Part shown: positions 38,267 through 48,719 of the stretch, piece by piece
Layout: each line of letters starts with the position of its first letter
How positions within the stretch are numbered: position 1 is the first letter of the stretch
Virus record (IMG/VR): IMGVR_UViG_3300028393_000063
Source of the DNA: an uncultured virus (IMG/VR IMGVR_UViG_3300028393_000063)
Lineage: Duplodnaviria > Heunggongvirae > Uroviricota > Caudoviricetes
Direction: 5' to 3' (one strand)
DNA length: 64,000 nucleotides
The notes under the pieces: model-generated
Told to the model about the DNA's origin: nothing
Database searches by the model: none
What the model saw: the letters and a program-made list of their open reading frames with translations, nothing else
Translations under genes and position numbers: made by a program

Positions 38267-40344
38267 GCTGGCATAAATTTGTTTGGATTAATTTTTTTAC
38301 CTTGTTTTTTAGTACCAGTACGAGCCTTCCGTACATTATCCATCATAGAATAAAGTTTCTTAGCACCGGCATCGCTAGACCCATTACCTAAATGACTAAC
38401 TACATCTGCAGGTATTACAAACTCAGAATCCGCTAAACGGGCTGGCTGTTTATGTCCTATTGTAGCTGGGATATCATCACTCATGCCATCGCCGGGACCC
38501 TTAAGCATACGTCCACCGTCTGAGTAACCACCTAAATCCCCACGCATAATACCGCCTTTTGCCATCTGAACGTCTGGGCTTTTTAAACTATTTAAAGCGT
38601 AGTTAGCATTATAGTCTCCAGCAGTTGCCGCATTAGTAACGCTAGTTAAACCTTCAGGACTAGTTTTAGCCAAAGTTATGTACTGATTAATAGCGTTTAC
38701 ATTATGAGCGCTACCAGTTTTAGCCGTAGGAGCAGTTCTAACAGTTGGCGCAGTTCTAGCCGTAGGGGCTGCTTTAGTTACCCCACCTACAGCATACCCT
38801 TCTAGTTTAGCGCCTACTGGGTACTGTTGTTGTTGCTCTGCTTGCATAGGCTCTCCAAGCATTCCTTGGTTTTGGAGTTGGTAGTCTTGCGCCGAAGCTT
38901 GTATTGGTGGAGGAAACCGCATCTGTGGCATACATCCGACTGGTTGTTGCATTGGTTGTTGTGCAACTTGTACTTGCGGGAATTGTTGTTGCCCAATTTG
39001 GAATCCGGGTGGGCGTTCTGGCATAGGTCCAATTAACGCTTGATTACGTTCTAGTGGATGTCCAGCTGGAAATGGTTGTGGTTGTTGAGTTGTGTTTCCG
39101 CCAGTAGTATTAAATCGGTCTGGCATACCGCCACCATAACCACCCTGTTGCCCACCGCCACTACCAGCAGCACTATAGCCGTTGTCATTACCTTGCCCAG
39201 ATATATCGGCTGTGCCATGCAATTCAATAGGTACGCCACCGCCAGCAAAACTAGCAATACCGCCTTTAGCCATATTACGTTGAGCAATGTTCCCATTTGT
39301 TGGGTCTGTAGCCATAGAATACTGTGAAGTTCCCATCATGGACTGTGCAGGATTAGCAAAGTTTATATTAGGAGCTGGACCCCCTAAAGCCATATCATAT
39401 GGCGCTGCATTAGTAATTCCCCCCGCCGCATATCCTACAAGTCTTTTAGCTTCTGAACCGCTAGACTGCGATGTTTCATGGTAAGGACTAACCGCTGGTT
39501 GATATGTATTTCTATCAAACGAATAACGTAACCCTTCTGGTACTGGGTTTGGAGTTGCTTTACCTAATAATTCTTCAATTAAAGATACACTACCACCTTC
39601 TTCGTACCCAATAAGTCTTTTAGCTTCTGGACTATTAGGGTAATTAGGTTGTGGAGTTCCATAATAAGGAGCATTTGCTGGCTGATATGTGTTTCTATTA
39701 AACGAGTAACGTAGTGCCTCTGGTACCTCTTGAGCAGCTTGAGGATTAATAGTATTTTGTTTACCTAAATTTTTAGCAAGATATGAAGCGCCTAAACCTA
39801 AACCAGCTTGTTTTGCACTCGGTAAATAATCCAAAAGCGATTTAGTTGCGCCCAATTGATTTAGTCCAGTACCTGTTAGTCCAGTTCCGGGCCCTGCAAC
39901 GTAACCTGAACCTACGCCAACTCCTGCCTCACCAGTACCTAAAGCACCAATAGCCGAGGGGGCAACATAATTTGAGCCTAAAGTACCGGCAGCAGCAGTT
40001 TCAGTTGCGCCTAACCCAGCGCCTGTTAACCCAGTTCCAGTTCCCGTAACATAACCTGAACCTAGAGTACCAACAGGAGCGCTAACAGCAGCGGGAGCAA
40101 CCACTCCGGGAGCAGCGCCAGCAGCAACTTCAGGGGCAAAAGCCATACCAAGACCTGCGCCGCCAGCACCTAAAGCAGCGCCACCTAACATACCTTGACC
40201 AATGTTCCCACCAGTTAAACCTGAGTATATTCCACCAGCGCCAGCGCCTATAGCAGCTCCGCCTATCATAGTGGCTGCAGTAGCCCCAAGAGCGTCAGCT
40301 CCAATATATGTACCGACTGCCAAAGCTACGTCAACAAAAGCCAT
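38263..40344 (-). CDS. Gly/Ala-rich putative internal virion protein
   Basis: ATG at 40344 after GAGGAG; N-terminal glycine-zipper; C-terminal GPGDGMSDDIPA...ARLADSEFVIPADVVS domain. Confidence 0.7.
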   Translation of the reverse strand: MAFVDVALAVGTYIGADALGATAATMIGGAAIGAGAGGIYSGLTGGNIGQGMLGGAALGAGGAGLGMAFAPEVAAGAAPGVVAPAAVSAPVGTLGSGYVTGTGTGLTGAGLGATETAAAGTLGSNYVAPSAIGALGTGEAGVGVGSGYVAGPGTGLTGTGLNQLGATKSLLDYLPSAKQAGLGLGASYLAKNLGKQNTINPQAAQEVPEALRYSFNRNTYQPANAPYYGTPQPNYPNSPEAKRLIGYEEGGSVSLIEELLGKATPNPVPEGLRYSFDRNTYQPAVSPYHETSQSSGSEAKRLVGYAAGGITNAAPYDMALGGPAPNINFANPAQSMMGTSQYSMATDPTNGNIAQRNMAKGGIASFAGGGVPIELHGTADISGQGNDNGYSAAGSGGGQQGGYGGGMPDRFNTTGGNTTQQPQPFPAGHPLERNQALIGPMPERPPGFQIGQQQFPQVQVAQQPMQQPVGCMPQMRFPPPIQASAQDYQLQNQGMLGEPMQAEQQQQYPVGAKLEGYAVGGVTKAAPTARTAPTVRTAPTAKTGSAHNVNAINQYITLAKTSPEGLTSVTNAATAGDYNANYALNSLKSPDVQMAKGGIMRGDLGGYSDGGRMLKGPGDGMSDDIPATIGHKQPARLADSEFVIPADVVSHLGNGSSDAGAKKLYSMMDNVRKARTGTKKQGKKINPNKFMPA

Positions 40345-40345
40345 A

Positions 40346-40750
40346 TTATTTCTCCTCTTCCAGCAATGGCTGGGTGTTTTCAACGCACATATTTTCTAAC
40401 TTTTCTATATCGGTTTCTTCAGTTGCGTAAATGTTTTGAAATACAACCGTTTCTATAATATAAGCTATCTTTCTGCCCTTACTTCCCATAAATGTCATTG
40501 GCGCTACTAGTTCAATTCTTTCACCATCTTCTTTGACTATAATCATACGCCCTTGCAACATAACGCACATATGGTCTAATTTATGGGGCTTACCAATAAT
40601 AATTGCCCCAGCAGGCATTATTACTTCTTTAATATATAAACTTGGTCCAAAGTAATGATTTTCTTTACACTTAACCTGTGGAGCCGCCCTAAACTTACCC
40701 ATTAAAGCTTCTACTTTTTGAGTCGTAGTTTGTTGTATTGATTGGTTCAT
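40346..40750 (-). CDS. Cupin-like protein
   Basis: HYFGPSLYIKE...PAG...GKPHKLDH...G.M beta-rich pattern. Confidence 0.55.
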   Translation of the reverse strand: MNQSIQQTTTQKVEALMGKFRAAPQVKCKENHYFGPSLYIKEVIMPAGAIIIGKPHKLDHMCVMLQGRMIIVKEDGERIELVAPMTFMGSKGRKIAYIIETVVFQNIYATEETDIEKLENMCVENTQPLLEEEK

Positions 40751-41244
40751 AGATAACCCATTAGTTTATATTTAGGGTTATCGGGTTGTTGTAGGCGCAC
40801 TCCAGCTTCTTGAAGGGCTTTAATTATATGGGGGTCTGCTACGCTATCATAAATTACTTTACCGCCAGCCTGTTTTAATTTATCTATCCAAAACTTAACT
40901 AAATGTTTAAATGTAGCTTCATCATCTAAAGTAAAAAAATGTACTTGCGCTATTGTGGGACTAAGCTTTTTAATAGCAAGAATAGTTTTAGATTGGCAAT
41001 ACATTCTTAATCCCTGCTTTAATTCTTGGGCTACTCCAGCCATGCCGTCTTTAATTGGCATACCTCTTAATTGAAAATCGTGCATTAATATACGAGCTTC
41101 AGGAGTTATTTTATTTTCTGGAGTTCCCCTAGCCCCAGCAATGCCCGTACTCATAGGAGGAACTTCACCGCCCCTTGCAACAATATGTGCAATATCTAGG
41201 CTCTTCCCTAAAAGCTCGTCATTACCTCCTAGAATTCCAGCCAT
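40747..41244 (-). CDS. Hypothetical protein
   Basis: 165-aa ORF in operon. Confidence 0.65.
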   Translation of the reverse strand: MAGILGGNDELLGKSLDIAHIVARGGEVPPMSTGIAGARGTPENKITPEARILMHDFQLRGMPIKDGMAGVAQELKQGLRMYCQSKTILAIKKLSPTIAQVHFFTLDDEATFKHLVKFWIDKLKQAGGKVIYDSVADPHIIKALQEAGVRLQQPDNPKYKLMGYL

Positions 41245-41282
41245 ATACTGTCCCTATACATAATTATGTTGATTTTATCATA

Positions 41283-41576
41283 TTAAACCGTTGTTCCAGC
41301 AGAATCTTTCCATACGGTTCCGTTCCAATAAATTGGTTTTACAAGCGTTGTGTCATAGTAAAACTGTCCTACAGAAAGATACTCAGTCGGTCTACCTGCT
41401 GTTGTTCCAGAATTAGGCGTAGCCGTAGATAAAGAGAAGTTATCTACCTGAGTAAAGTAAAGTCGTAGTACATTCAATAACTGATTGATATAGTCTTGAG
41501 CGTAATTGACCGGACCAATAGGCAGGTTTGGTGCTTTAGGAGGAAGCGGACGTATGGTTTTATTAGGAGTAACCAT
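41283..41576 (-). CDS. Small tail-associated protein
   Basis: GTTAGRP...GQFYYDTTLVKPIYWNGTVW motif; coupled to the upstream gene. Confidence 0.6.
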   Translation of the reverse strand: MVTPNKTIRPLPPKAPNLPIGPVNYAQDYINQLLNVLRLYFTQVDNFSLSTATPNSGTTAGRPTEYLSVGQFYYDTTLVKPIYWNGTVWKDSAGTTV

Positions 41577-43672
41577 TACCTTCTGCCGTCAGGTCTAATA
41601 TCAATACGAGGTGCGCCTAGTTGCCAAGCTACTCCAACGGTGTTTGATTCAATTCTAAACGCCATCTGTCTACCACGAATCCTTGTGTAAACCTGTCCTG
41701 TAAACTCTTGAACATTATAGAAGTTTTGCGTGTTACTGTAGACATTAGAACTTTGTACTACAGGATTATCAGCTTGACCATAAGCCGTACCAGAGTTTTG
41801 GCGAGGTAATACAGTCATTGTTACAGACGGAGCGTTAGCATTAGAACCATTAAAATTAACGTCAGGCAAAATCCGCCATACAAAACCAAAGTTGTGACCA
41901 TCTCCAATATCAAAGTCAGAAGATTGTACATAGGCATCTATTGGTAAAGTTGCAGTTGTTGAGTTGTCATTTACGCCATTTTCATGGTAAAGAAGTCTAC
42001 TGTTATAGTCAGCTGCTAAAGGATAAGGCTGTAAACTAGAATCTAACCAAGCAGTTCTACCCATAGAGCCATAGTACCAAACTTGGTCTAAGTAATTAAA
42101 AATGACATACTTATCTATAATTGTGTTTCCCGCAGTATCGTTACTTACATAGAACCACCAAACCTCATTATAGCCCTCGTTAGAACCAGCAAATATCTGA
42201 TAGTTTTGGTCTAAGTTAATATCTTGAAAAATGTACTGTCGAATAGTACAAGGCAATGTTTCTACCCGACCAGAATACATGTAAAACTTATCACGCCCCA
42301 TCCAGTAGGTTACGTTATTAACTGTAATCATGGCGTTAGGAGACATAATAGACAAGTTGTCCATTAAAATTTGGAATCCCCAAACATATGGTGCGCCTAG
42401 ATATTGCATGGAATATAATGCGGTATCTGTCCAAATAAGAATTTCTTGACGGGTTGTTCTAGCGCCAATAATCTCTGAGCCATTAGATAACGCAAACTCA
42501 CCTGACTGATTAGTTACAGATGGTACCCACTCATATTCATCGGCTTGGTCAGACCAGCGTACAAGTAACGGATTAAATGTTGAATTAGGACTTCCAGAAA
42601 TATAGGGGTTTGACCCCATGCAAATAACAAACTGTTGAATAGGCGCAGTTATAACCTGTAAAACATTGTTAGGAACATAAGCGCCATCTTTTCCAGCCGC
42701 AGTAGCAAGAGTATCTAAAGGTTGTGCCCGTGTAGCTACCCCACTGGAAGCAAGCCAATAATAAACAGCGCCAGCACGGGGAGCAATAAATAAGTTTTGT
42801 CCGTAGTTATCGTTAGACCAAAGACGTAATTGAGTGCGTAGTATTGATGTATACCCAGAGCCCCATGCGCCTCGACTCCAAGGACCTGTACCCCAACCTG
42901 TACCAAACACAGCTACGTTTGTACCTACAGGAATTTGATAAGCAACAACAATAGTACCGCCAGTAGCACTTACTAAAGAAGTAGCAAAGGTAGCCGCAGT
43001 GATTGTATAAGTAGAGGCAGACGGAACTTCAGTAACTACATACTCACCTGATAACGTAATACCACCAAAAGGTGTTCCACCTGTAATAGTTAAATAATCT
43101 CCAGCAAACGGGTTATAACTTACATCCGTTATGGTTACGGTATACCCACCTACGTTAGCAGCTGTGTTATGAACGGCAGCAGTTGTGCTGTTTAAACCAC
43201 GAATTAATCCAGTTAAGGTATTAGAAGCTTTGCTTGTGTAAGAAATATCTTCAGAGTCAATCCGTATAATGCCACCTGTTAACGGAAAACTTGCCGCAGA
43301 AGTAAGAGTTAAAGTTGTAGCAGTTGCTGTAATACCACCATTAAGCGTAGAGAAAGCAGTGGAACATTTATTAACTAAAGTGCTTGTTGTAATGATGGGC
43401 GTTACATCGTAGTAATCAGCGCCCTTTTCAATATAATATTTAAGGTTAGTGCCAATGCCTAAGAAGTTATTACCTGACAGGTCAACCCATCCCCACAAAG
43501 CACGAGCTACACCTATATATTGGTTAGGCGATTGTTGTGCCCAGCCACCTATTTTTTCAGGATTACCAGAACGAAAGCGCACTTTATCGCAGTCATACCA
43601 GCCACCCTCGTTAGAGTAGTTAGTACCCTCTCGATTAATTCCGGGTTTAAACTGTAGTTTCTGTAATGGCAT
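41576..43672 (-). CDS. Tail nozzle/stabilization protein (P22 gp10 / tubular B-like)
   Basis: 698 aa, beta-propeller-like (VRWSDQ, VTYWMG, NEVWWFY), podovirus tail position. Confidence 0.65.
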   Translation of the reverse strand: MPLQKLQFKPGINREGTNYSNEGGWYDCDKVRFRSGNPEKIGGWAQQSPNQYIGVARALWGWVDLSGNNFLGIGTNLKYYIEKGADYYDVTPIITTSTLVNKCSTAFSTLNGGITATATTLTLTSAASFPLTGGIIRIDSEDISYTSKASNTLTGLIRGLNSTTAAVHNTAANVGGYTVTITDVSYNPFAGDYLTITGGTPFGGITLSGEYVVTEVPSASTYTITAATFATSLVSATGGTIVVAYQIPVGTNVAVFGTGWGTGPWSRGAWGSGYTSILRTQLRLWSNDNYGQNLFIAPRAGAVYYWLASSGVATRAQPLDTLATAAGKDGAYVPNNVLQVITAPIQQFVICMGSNPYISGSPNSTFNPLLVRWSDQADEYEWVPSVTNQSGEFALSNGSEIIGARTTRQEILIWTDTALYSMQYLGAPYVWGFQILMDNLSIMSPNAMITVNNVTYWMGRDKFYMYSGRVETLPCTIRQYIFQDINLDQNYQIFAGSNEGYNEVWWFYVSNDTAGNTIIDKYVIFNYLDQVWYYGSMGRTAWLDSSLQPYPLAADYNSRLLYHENGVNDNSTTATLPIDAYVQSSDFDIGDGHNFGFVWRILPDVNFNGSNANAPSVTMTVLPRQNSGTAYGQADNPVVQSSNVYSNTQNFYNVQEFTGQVYTRIRGRQMAFRIESNTVGVAWQLGAPRIDIRPDGRR

Positions 43673-43673
43673 A

Positions 43674-44210
43674 TCAACCTATCATAGTCGAGGCAGATGT
43701 TTGTACATCGGCTACCCGCTTGAGCCAGCCTTTGCCATAGGTTGGGAAGGTTGGTAGTGATTTATAAAACGCTTCTTTACTGTGGCTAAACTTTTCAAGC
43801 AGGTCTTTACCTTCAGCGTCTTGGATTGCTTTTAATGTTGCCGGACCAATTGAGCCATCAGCAGTTACACCTAGCGCTTTTTGTATCATCTTACGAGCAG
43901 CGGCTGGTCCAGCATTAATAGCAAAGTCGAAAACAGCGTAGTCCACCCCAGCAGGTAAATCATCACCCCTAACTGCATCCCAATAATCTCTTTTATATAA
44001 CGGTTTAACATCTTCTTTCTTTAGCGCCTTCATATCGTCTTGAGTTACTTCATGTCCTATGTACTTCTCCCAGTTGGCTTGAGTACAGCCCCACATTGTA
44101 GAACCTTTGCGCCCGTCTGGTAACTTATTGCCGGGGTCACGCTCATCATTAGTAAAACCGCCCTCATGGGCTATGACCATATTAAACGACTTATCCCAGT
44201 TTGAAATCAT
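43674..44210 (-). CDS. Endolysin, glycoside hydrolase family 108 with PG-binding domain
   Basis: HEGG..ND..DPG, YWD, FDFAINAGP, DGSIGPAT, GKGWLKR. Confidence 0.9.
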   Translation of the reverse strand: MISNWDKSFNMVIAHEGGFTNDERDPGNKLPDGRKGSTMWGCTQANWEKYIGHEVTQDDMKALKKEDVKPLYKRDYWDAVRGDDLPAGVDYAVFDFAINAGPAAARKMIQKALGVTADGSIGPATLKAIQDAEGKDLLEKFSHSKEAFYKSLPTFPTYGKGWLKRVADVQTSASTMIG

Positions 44211-44605
44211 TTTTTACCCTTCATATCCATGATTTTTTCAAGTGTCCTGCCGCCAAAGTAAAAACTCATAATTAACATACCCCACTGCCCAAGCAACTCT
44301 ACATAGTTGTTATTTACCTCAACATCCCATGCGCTCATCATAGCAAAGGTGGTATAGGTCATTAAGATAAATACAAGCGTCATTGGACGAATATTTTTAG
44401 ATAGCCAAGAGTCCGACATCATGTCAGCTTGTAAGCGTTTGGTCAGTTCTTGTTGCTCGCTTACATCTGCTTGTAATTGAGCCAACTCGCCATTTTGGGC
44501 TAGGGTTGCTAACTCCAACTGTGCCTTAGCCTTAGCCTCTGGGTCAGGGATTAGTTTATCAATTAACTTACCACCGATGTTTAGTATTGCATCAAGTCCT
44601 AACAT
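44207..44605 (-). CDS. Holin (3TM GTA-type-like)
   Basis: SDSWLSKNIRP, hydrophobic helices, FYFGGRTLEK; adjacent to endolysin. Confidence 0.75.
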   Translation of the reverse strand: MLGLDAILNIGGKLIDKLIPDPEAKAKAQLELATLAQNGELAQLQADVSEQQELTKRLQADMMSDSWLSKNIRPMTLVFILMTYTTFAMMSAWDVEVNNNYVELLGQWGMLIMSFYFGGRTLEKIMDMKGKK

Positions 44606-44868
44606 TATTTCCTCTTTTCTCGTTCTTCAAGTAATTGCACCTTGACTTGCAGTTGATGGATGTCTTTATAAACTTCTTCTTTAAGTCTATGCCTTGCCTC
44701 GGCAGACAAAGGTGAGTCAGTTGGCACATTTTCTTTAGTAATTAGCGCTGGCATCTGCCCTTCAATCTTAGTTAGCCGTGTAGAGAAGTCCGACACTTGT
44801 CCAAGAAGCCACGCAAGACACGCTACAACAATTGGCAGTACCGCTTTTAGAACGTCTTGTATATTCAT
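44605..44868 (-). CDS. Membrane-anchored coiled-coil lysis-module protein
   Basis: N-terminal TM segment plus coiled coil. Confidence 0.55.
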   Translation of the reverse strand: MNIQDVLKAVLPIVVACLAWLLGQVSDFSTRLTKIEGQMPALITKENVPTDSPLSAEARHRLKEEVYKDIHQLQVKVQLLEEREKRK

Positions 44869-45011
44869 TTTTTATTTACCAAGTCAAATAAAGCTTTTAC
44901 TTTTTCTTCAAGGACAGCAATCTGATTGTGCATCTTTGCCAATACAATAACCAGCGTAACAAACGCTATTAACAGGCTAGACATTTTTGATATGGTGTCT
45001 AGTAAATCCAT
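44865..45011 (-). CDS. Small single-TM protein (48 aa)
   Basis: Manual translation MDLLDTISKMSSLLIAFVTLVIVLAKMHNQIAVLEEKVKSLFDLVNKK; coupled to both neighbours. Confidence 0.6.
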   Translation of the reverse strand: MDLLDTISKMSSLLIAFVTLVIVLAKMHNQIAVLEEKVKALFDLVNKK

Positions 45012-47126
45012 TTATGCAGTCCTTTTCCACATATAAACTACTTGATATGGTTGCATGTTTGCGTTTGTTGCGCTTCCGCCCTCTGCCGTTATTCCGTGTT
45101 GATGGTTTGCACTTGTGCCGCTTGTAGTTCCAGAAAAAGCATGAATATGTGTTACATTTGGAGTGCCCATATCCCCATAAGAGACGTTTGGTTGACCTGC
45201 GCCTTCTTCTAAATCTGGGGCTGGACCTCCATATGGACCAACTACCCCACTTCCACCTGTTGTAGCATTTTGGTGAATGTGACCTTGATTTTCTACATCT
45301 GTATTGCCACTAAAATTATGTGTATGGTCTTGGCTTTGTGTGCCTGTTAACCCACCGTGGCTATGGCTTACTAAAGTTGCGTCAGCAGAACCGCCTGTAC
45401 CACTAAATATACCACCGGCACCGACTAATACTCTACCAGCAGCATACGTTATCCATGTACCAAACCCAAACACACTTCCCGGATTGGTATCAACTGTGGT
45501 AGTGTAAATACACCCAACAGGATATACAAATGATAAAGCTGCTTGTACAAATGCTGTAGTTGCTATGGTTGTATTAATTGTTCCATAAGCTTGAGTTGTT
45601 CCTACTGCGCCAGAGGCTACTGTAGTTGAGACTGTTGCAGCGGTTGTTGCGTTTGTTGCATTAGTTGCGTTTGTTGCATTAGTTGCGTTTGTGGCATTTG
45701 TAGCGTTTGTAGCGTTTGTAGCGTTGCCTACAGTTAAGCTTGCATTTGTCCCACTTACGCCATTTATAGTTCCACCAGTAATAGCTACATTATTAGCATT
45801 TTGGGTAGACATAGTCCCTAACGAACCTGTAGCATTAGTTACAGCCGTAGCTACATAAGCTGTTGTTGCAATTTTTGTTGAATTATCTCCGGGAGATTGA
45901 GTTGTACCTACCGCAGCGCTTGCTACTGTGGTTGAGACTGTTGCGGCTGTTGTGGCATTTGTAGCGTTTGTAGCTAGTGTTGCTGTTGCAGCATTGCCTG
46001 TTGTATTTTGATTTAATGTTGGGAACGTACAGTTAGCTAAGTTGCCGGAAGTTGGAGTTCCTAAAAGTGGAGTTACTAGAGTAGGTGAAGTGCTTAAAAC
46101 TACACTCCCCGAACCGGTAGAAGTAACCACACCTGTACCACCATTTGTTACAGCCAAAGTTCCAATAACTCCAGTAGTTAAGGGCAAACCCGTACAGTTA
46201 GTTAAAACTCCAGAAGTAGGCGTTCCAAGAAGAGGTGTAACTAAAGCGGGTGCATTACTAAGAACATTATTTCCAGAACCTGTGGATGTAGTTACGCCTG
46301 TACCACCGTTGGTTACTGCTAAAGTGCCTGTAACTTGAGTCGCTAAATTAATATTACCTGATATTGAGCCAGACGGATATCCAGTACAGTTAGCCAAGTT
46401 TCCAGATTGGGGTGTTCCAAGAAGAGGGGTTACTAAAGTAGGGGATGTACTTAATACGTTATTTCCTGTTCCTGTAGATGTAGTAACGCCTGAACCACCA
46501 TTAACAACAGCAACTATACCAGTCACATTTAGCGAAGTACCACCAACACTTAACCCAGCGGCTGAACCAGTAATGCCTGTACCCGGACCTGAAAATTGAG
46601 TACCAGCTGTTATTGTTGTACTACCAGCTATTGCGCCTGTGCTTGTAAGTGAAGTACAGTTAATAGCGCCTGTAGTGATAGTTCCACCAGTAACAAGATT
46701 CTGAGCATTCTGCACATAATTTAAAACACCCCATGATGCCCCTACTATTCCAGTACAGTACAAATACATAGTCTGTCCGTTAGGGACTTGAGTTGTAGTA
46801 CCGCCTGACATTTTTATATATGCAACTTGCGGGGAAGTTAAGCTGTTAGTAACCATGTAAAGTTTTGGAACAGCTGGCACTATTACACTATATGTAGCAT
46901 TTTGAGTACCTGTAACTATAATTACCGCACTTCTTGCTTCATCTAAAGCACCGTTTAAGTTTGTTAGGGTATAGTCGGCATTAGCCATTGTGATGGTAGT
47001 TTGTCCAACAATAGCCTGTTCAAGGAGAGTGCCAAAGTTTGCATTGGTGGTTTGACCCCAAGTACCTGTCTGGTCGCCATCTCCTATGAGGGTTAATTTT
47101 AATGAGGTTGAATAGGTACTTGCCAT
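45012..47126 (-). CDS. Tail fibre with T4 gp10/gp12-like C-terminal region
   Basis: Thr/Gly-rich repeats, (NAT)n, YPVGCIY...GTW...GRVLVG, HxH repeats, NMQPY..VYMWKRTA. Confidence 0.8.
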   Translation of the reverse strand: MASTYSTSLKLTLIGDGDQTGTWGQTTNANFGTLLEQAIVGQTTITMANADYTLTNLNGALDEARSAVIIVTGTQNATYSVIVPAVPKLYMVTNSLTSPQVAYIKMSGGTTTQVPNGQTMYLYCTGIVGASWGVLNYVQNAQNLVTGGTITTGAINCTSLTSTGAIAGSTTITAGTQFSGPGTGITGSAAGLSVGGTSLNVTGIVAVVNGGSGVTTSTGTGNNVLSTSPTLVTPLLGTPQSGNLANCTGYPSGSISGNINLATQVTGTLAVTNGGTGVTTSTGSGNNVLSNAPALVTPLLGTPTSGVLTNCTGLPLTTGVIGTLAVTNGGTGVVTSTGSGSVVLSTSPTLVTPLLGTPTSGNLANCTFPTLNQNTTGNAATATLATNATNATTAATVSTTVASAAVGTTQSPGDNSTKIATTAYVATAVTNATGSLGTMSTQNANNVAITGGTINGVSGTNASLTVGNATNATNATNATNATNATNATNATNATTAATVSTTVASGAVGTTQAYGTINTTIATTAFVQAALSFVYPVGCIYTTTVDTNPGSVFGFGTWITYAAGRVLVGAGGIFSGTGGSADATLVSHSHGGLTGTQSQDHTHNFSGNTDVENQGHIHQNATTGGSGVVGPYGGPAPDLEEGAGQPNVSYGDMGTPNVTHIHAFSGTTSGTSANHQHGITAEGGSATNANMQPYQVVYMWKRTA

Positions 47127-47135
47127 AATTTATCC

Positions 47136-48134
47136 TTATTGACTATTGTTTATTTCTACCCAGCCTTGCGTTTGGCTGTTATTAATCTGTACCCAGTTAG
47201 CGTTTGTGTCAGGAATAATTGGGTCTGGTACATTACCTGAAACAACTGCGTATCCAGCAAATGATAATGAAGCAAACGGAGTTCCCCCAAAATTAGCTAT
47301 GTCAGTAAACGTCTGTTGTTTATAACCCCAGTTAGCATCTTGATTATCATTAATTGTATACCAACCACGAGGAAATTGGGAATCTAAAAGTGATATGGCT
47401 TCGGTAATAGTTTGTAAGAAATTAGACTGCTGGGTGCTTGAGTCGGCTAAAGTGACCGCCTCGGTAATAGAGTTCTGAAATTGCGCAAGAATTGACTCTG
47501 TTTCTGCGGAAGTTACGTTCTCAGTAATAGCAAGCGCATATATTGCAATAATCTGAATAACATCAGCGGCTGTAGTGTTCTCGGTTACAACCGCATTAAA
47601 CTGAGCAAGAATAGACTGAGCATTATCTAAGGTAGTACTCTCGGATACGCTTGCGGCAAACTGGGCTAAGATAGTAGGTGCGTCAGCTAAAGTGCTGTTT
47701 TCTACAATACTGGCTAAGTATTGAGCGGTAATTGACGGAGTATCCGCAAGGGTTGAGTTTTCGGTAATGCTTGTTACAAACTGAGAAATTATTGTCTGTA
47801 CGGTATCAAGTACGGAATTTTCAGCCCTACTTACATTAAACTGCGCCAAGATAGACTGTGCATTGTCTATGGTAGTCGGCTCTGTAATGCTTGTTAAGAA
47901 TGAAATACCACCAACAACAACGTCTGCTATATTTACGTTTTCTGTTTGAGAAGCAGCAAACTGCGCCAGAATAGACTGGGTATTGTCTGAGGTTATGTTG
48001 TCGGTAAAGCTGGCTAAGAACTGCGCAGTGATTGTTTGCGCATTGTCTACTGTTACATTTTCGGATAACGCTAGGTCATAACCCACCCCTAATGCAGCAA
48101 ATGGTGCCTGAGCAAAAGAGGTGAATCCAAACAT
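47136..48134 (-). CDS. Tail-associated 19-aa repeat protein
   Basis: About 12 repeats of approx. SILAQFxxSITENxTLxDx. Confidence 0.65.
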   Translation of the reverse strand: MFGFTSFAQAPFAALGVGYDLALSENVTVDNAQTITAQFLASFTDNITSDNTQSILAQFAASQTENVNIADVVVGGISFLTSITEPTTIDNAQSILAQFNVSRAENSVLDTVQTIISQFVTSITENSTLADTPSITAQYLASIVENSTLADAPTILAQFAASVSESTTLDNAQSILAQFNAVVTENTTAADVIQIIAIYALAITENVTSAETESILAQFQNSITEAVTLADSSTQQSNFLQTITEAISLLDSQFPRGWYTINDNQDANWGYKQQTFTDIANFGGTPFASLSFAGYAVVSGNVPDPIIPDTNANWVQINNSQTQGWVEINNSQ

Positions 48135-48135
48135 A

Positions 48136-48354
48136 TTAGTTTGTTACTTCAGGGATTACCTCTAAAGACTGTTTTAACATGGTAAAAAAGGCGTTCTTAC
48201 CCACGCTTAACTGGTCAAGGTTAAACTGAGCTGAAGCAATTTTACGGTCAAGGTCTATGCAATGTTGAAACAATTTTTGCTGTTCCTCGGTTAAGTCTTC
48301 AAGGGTGTAATCTACATCATCAATAGTTACTGGGGTTGTTTTTTTCTCGCCCAT
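48136..48354 (-). CDS. Small coiled-coil protein (possible fibre chaperone)
   Basis: 72 aa, SD AGGAG, downstream of the fibre gene. Confidence 0.55.
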   Translation of the reverse strand: MGEKKTTPVTIDDVDYTLEDLTEEQQKLFQHCIDLDRKIASAQFNLDQLSVGKNAFFTMLKQSLEVIPEVTN

Positions 48355-48387
48355 TCTATTCTCCTAGTTGTACTACGGTTTAAAAAT

Positions 48388-48708
48388 TTATACGGTTGCC
48401 CAAGGCAATGCTGTGTTTTGTGGGCTAACAGGTGGTGTAATTAGGCTATCAATCTGCCCTTGTACACAAGCCTGTGCGCTGTCTATTTGGTTCTTAGGAA
48501 TCCAACTAATAACTAACGCCTCTGTTAAGTTTGCGTAAGGCACAAATGTAGTCTGGTCTGTAGAGTCAAACTGTGTGTTTCCTTGGATAGAGGCAGTATA
48601 AGTGCCGTCTACTCCTGTTACTTCCCATAGTGCATTAATCACATAGTTTGGGTCAGGTTGTTGTACTGTGTACATTGCTGTAATGCGTGTTGTAAAGACT
48701 GTTGCCAT
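48388..48708 (-). CDS. Tail fibre-associated protein
   Basis: FVPYANLTE...W...LPW; SD AGGAG. Confidence 0.6.
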   Translation of the reverse strand: MATVFTTRITAMYTVQQPDPNYVINALWEVTGVDGTYTASIQGNTQFDSTDQTTFVPYANLTEALVISWIPKNQIDSAQACVQGQIDSLITPPVSPQNTALPWATV

Positions 48709-48719
48709 TTTAATTCTCC

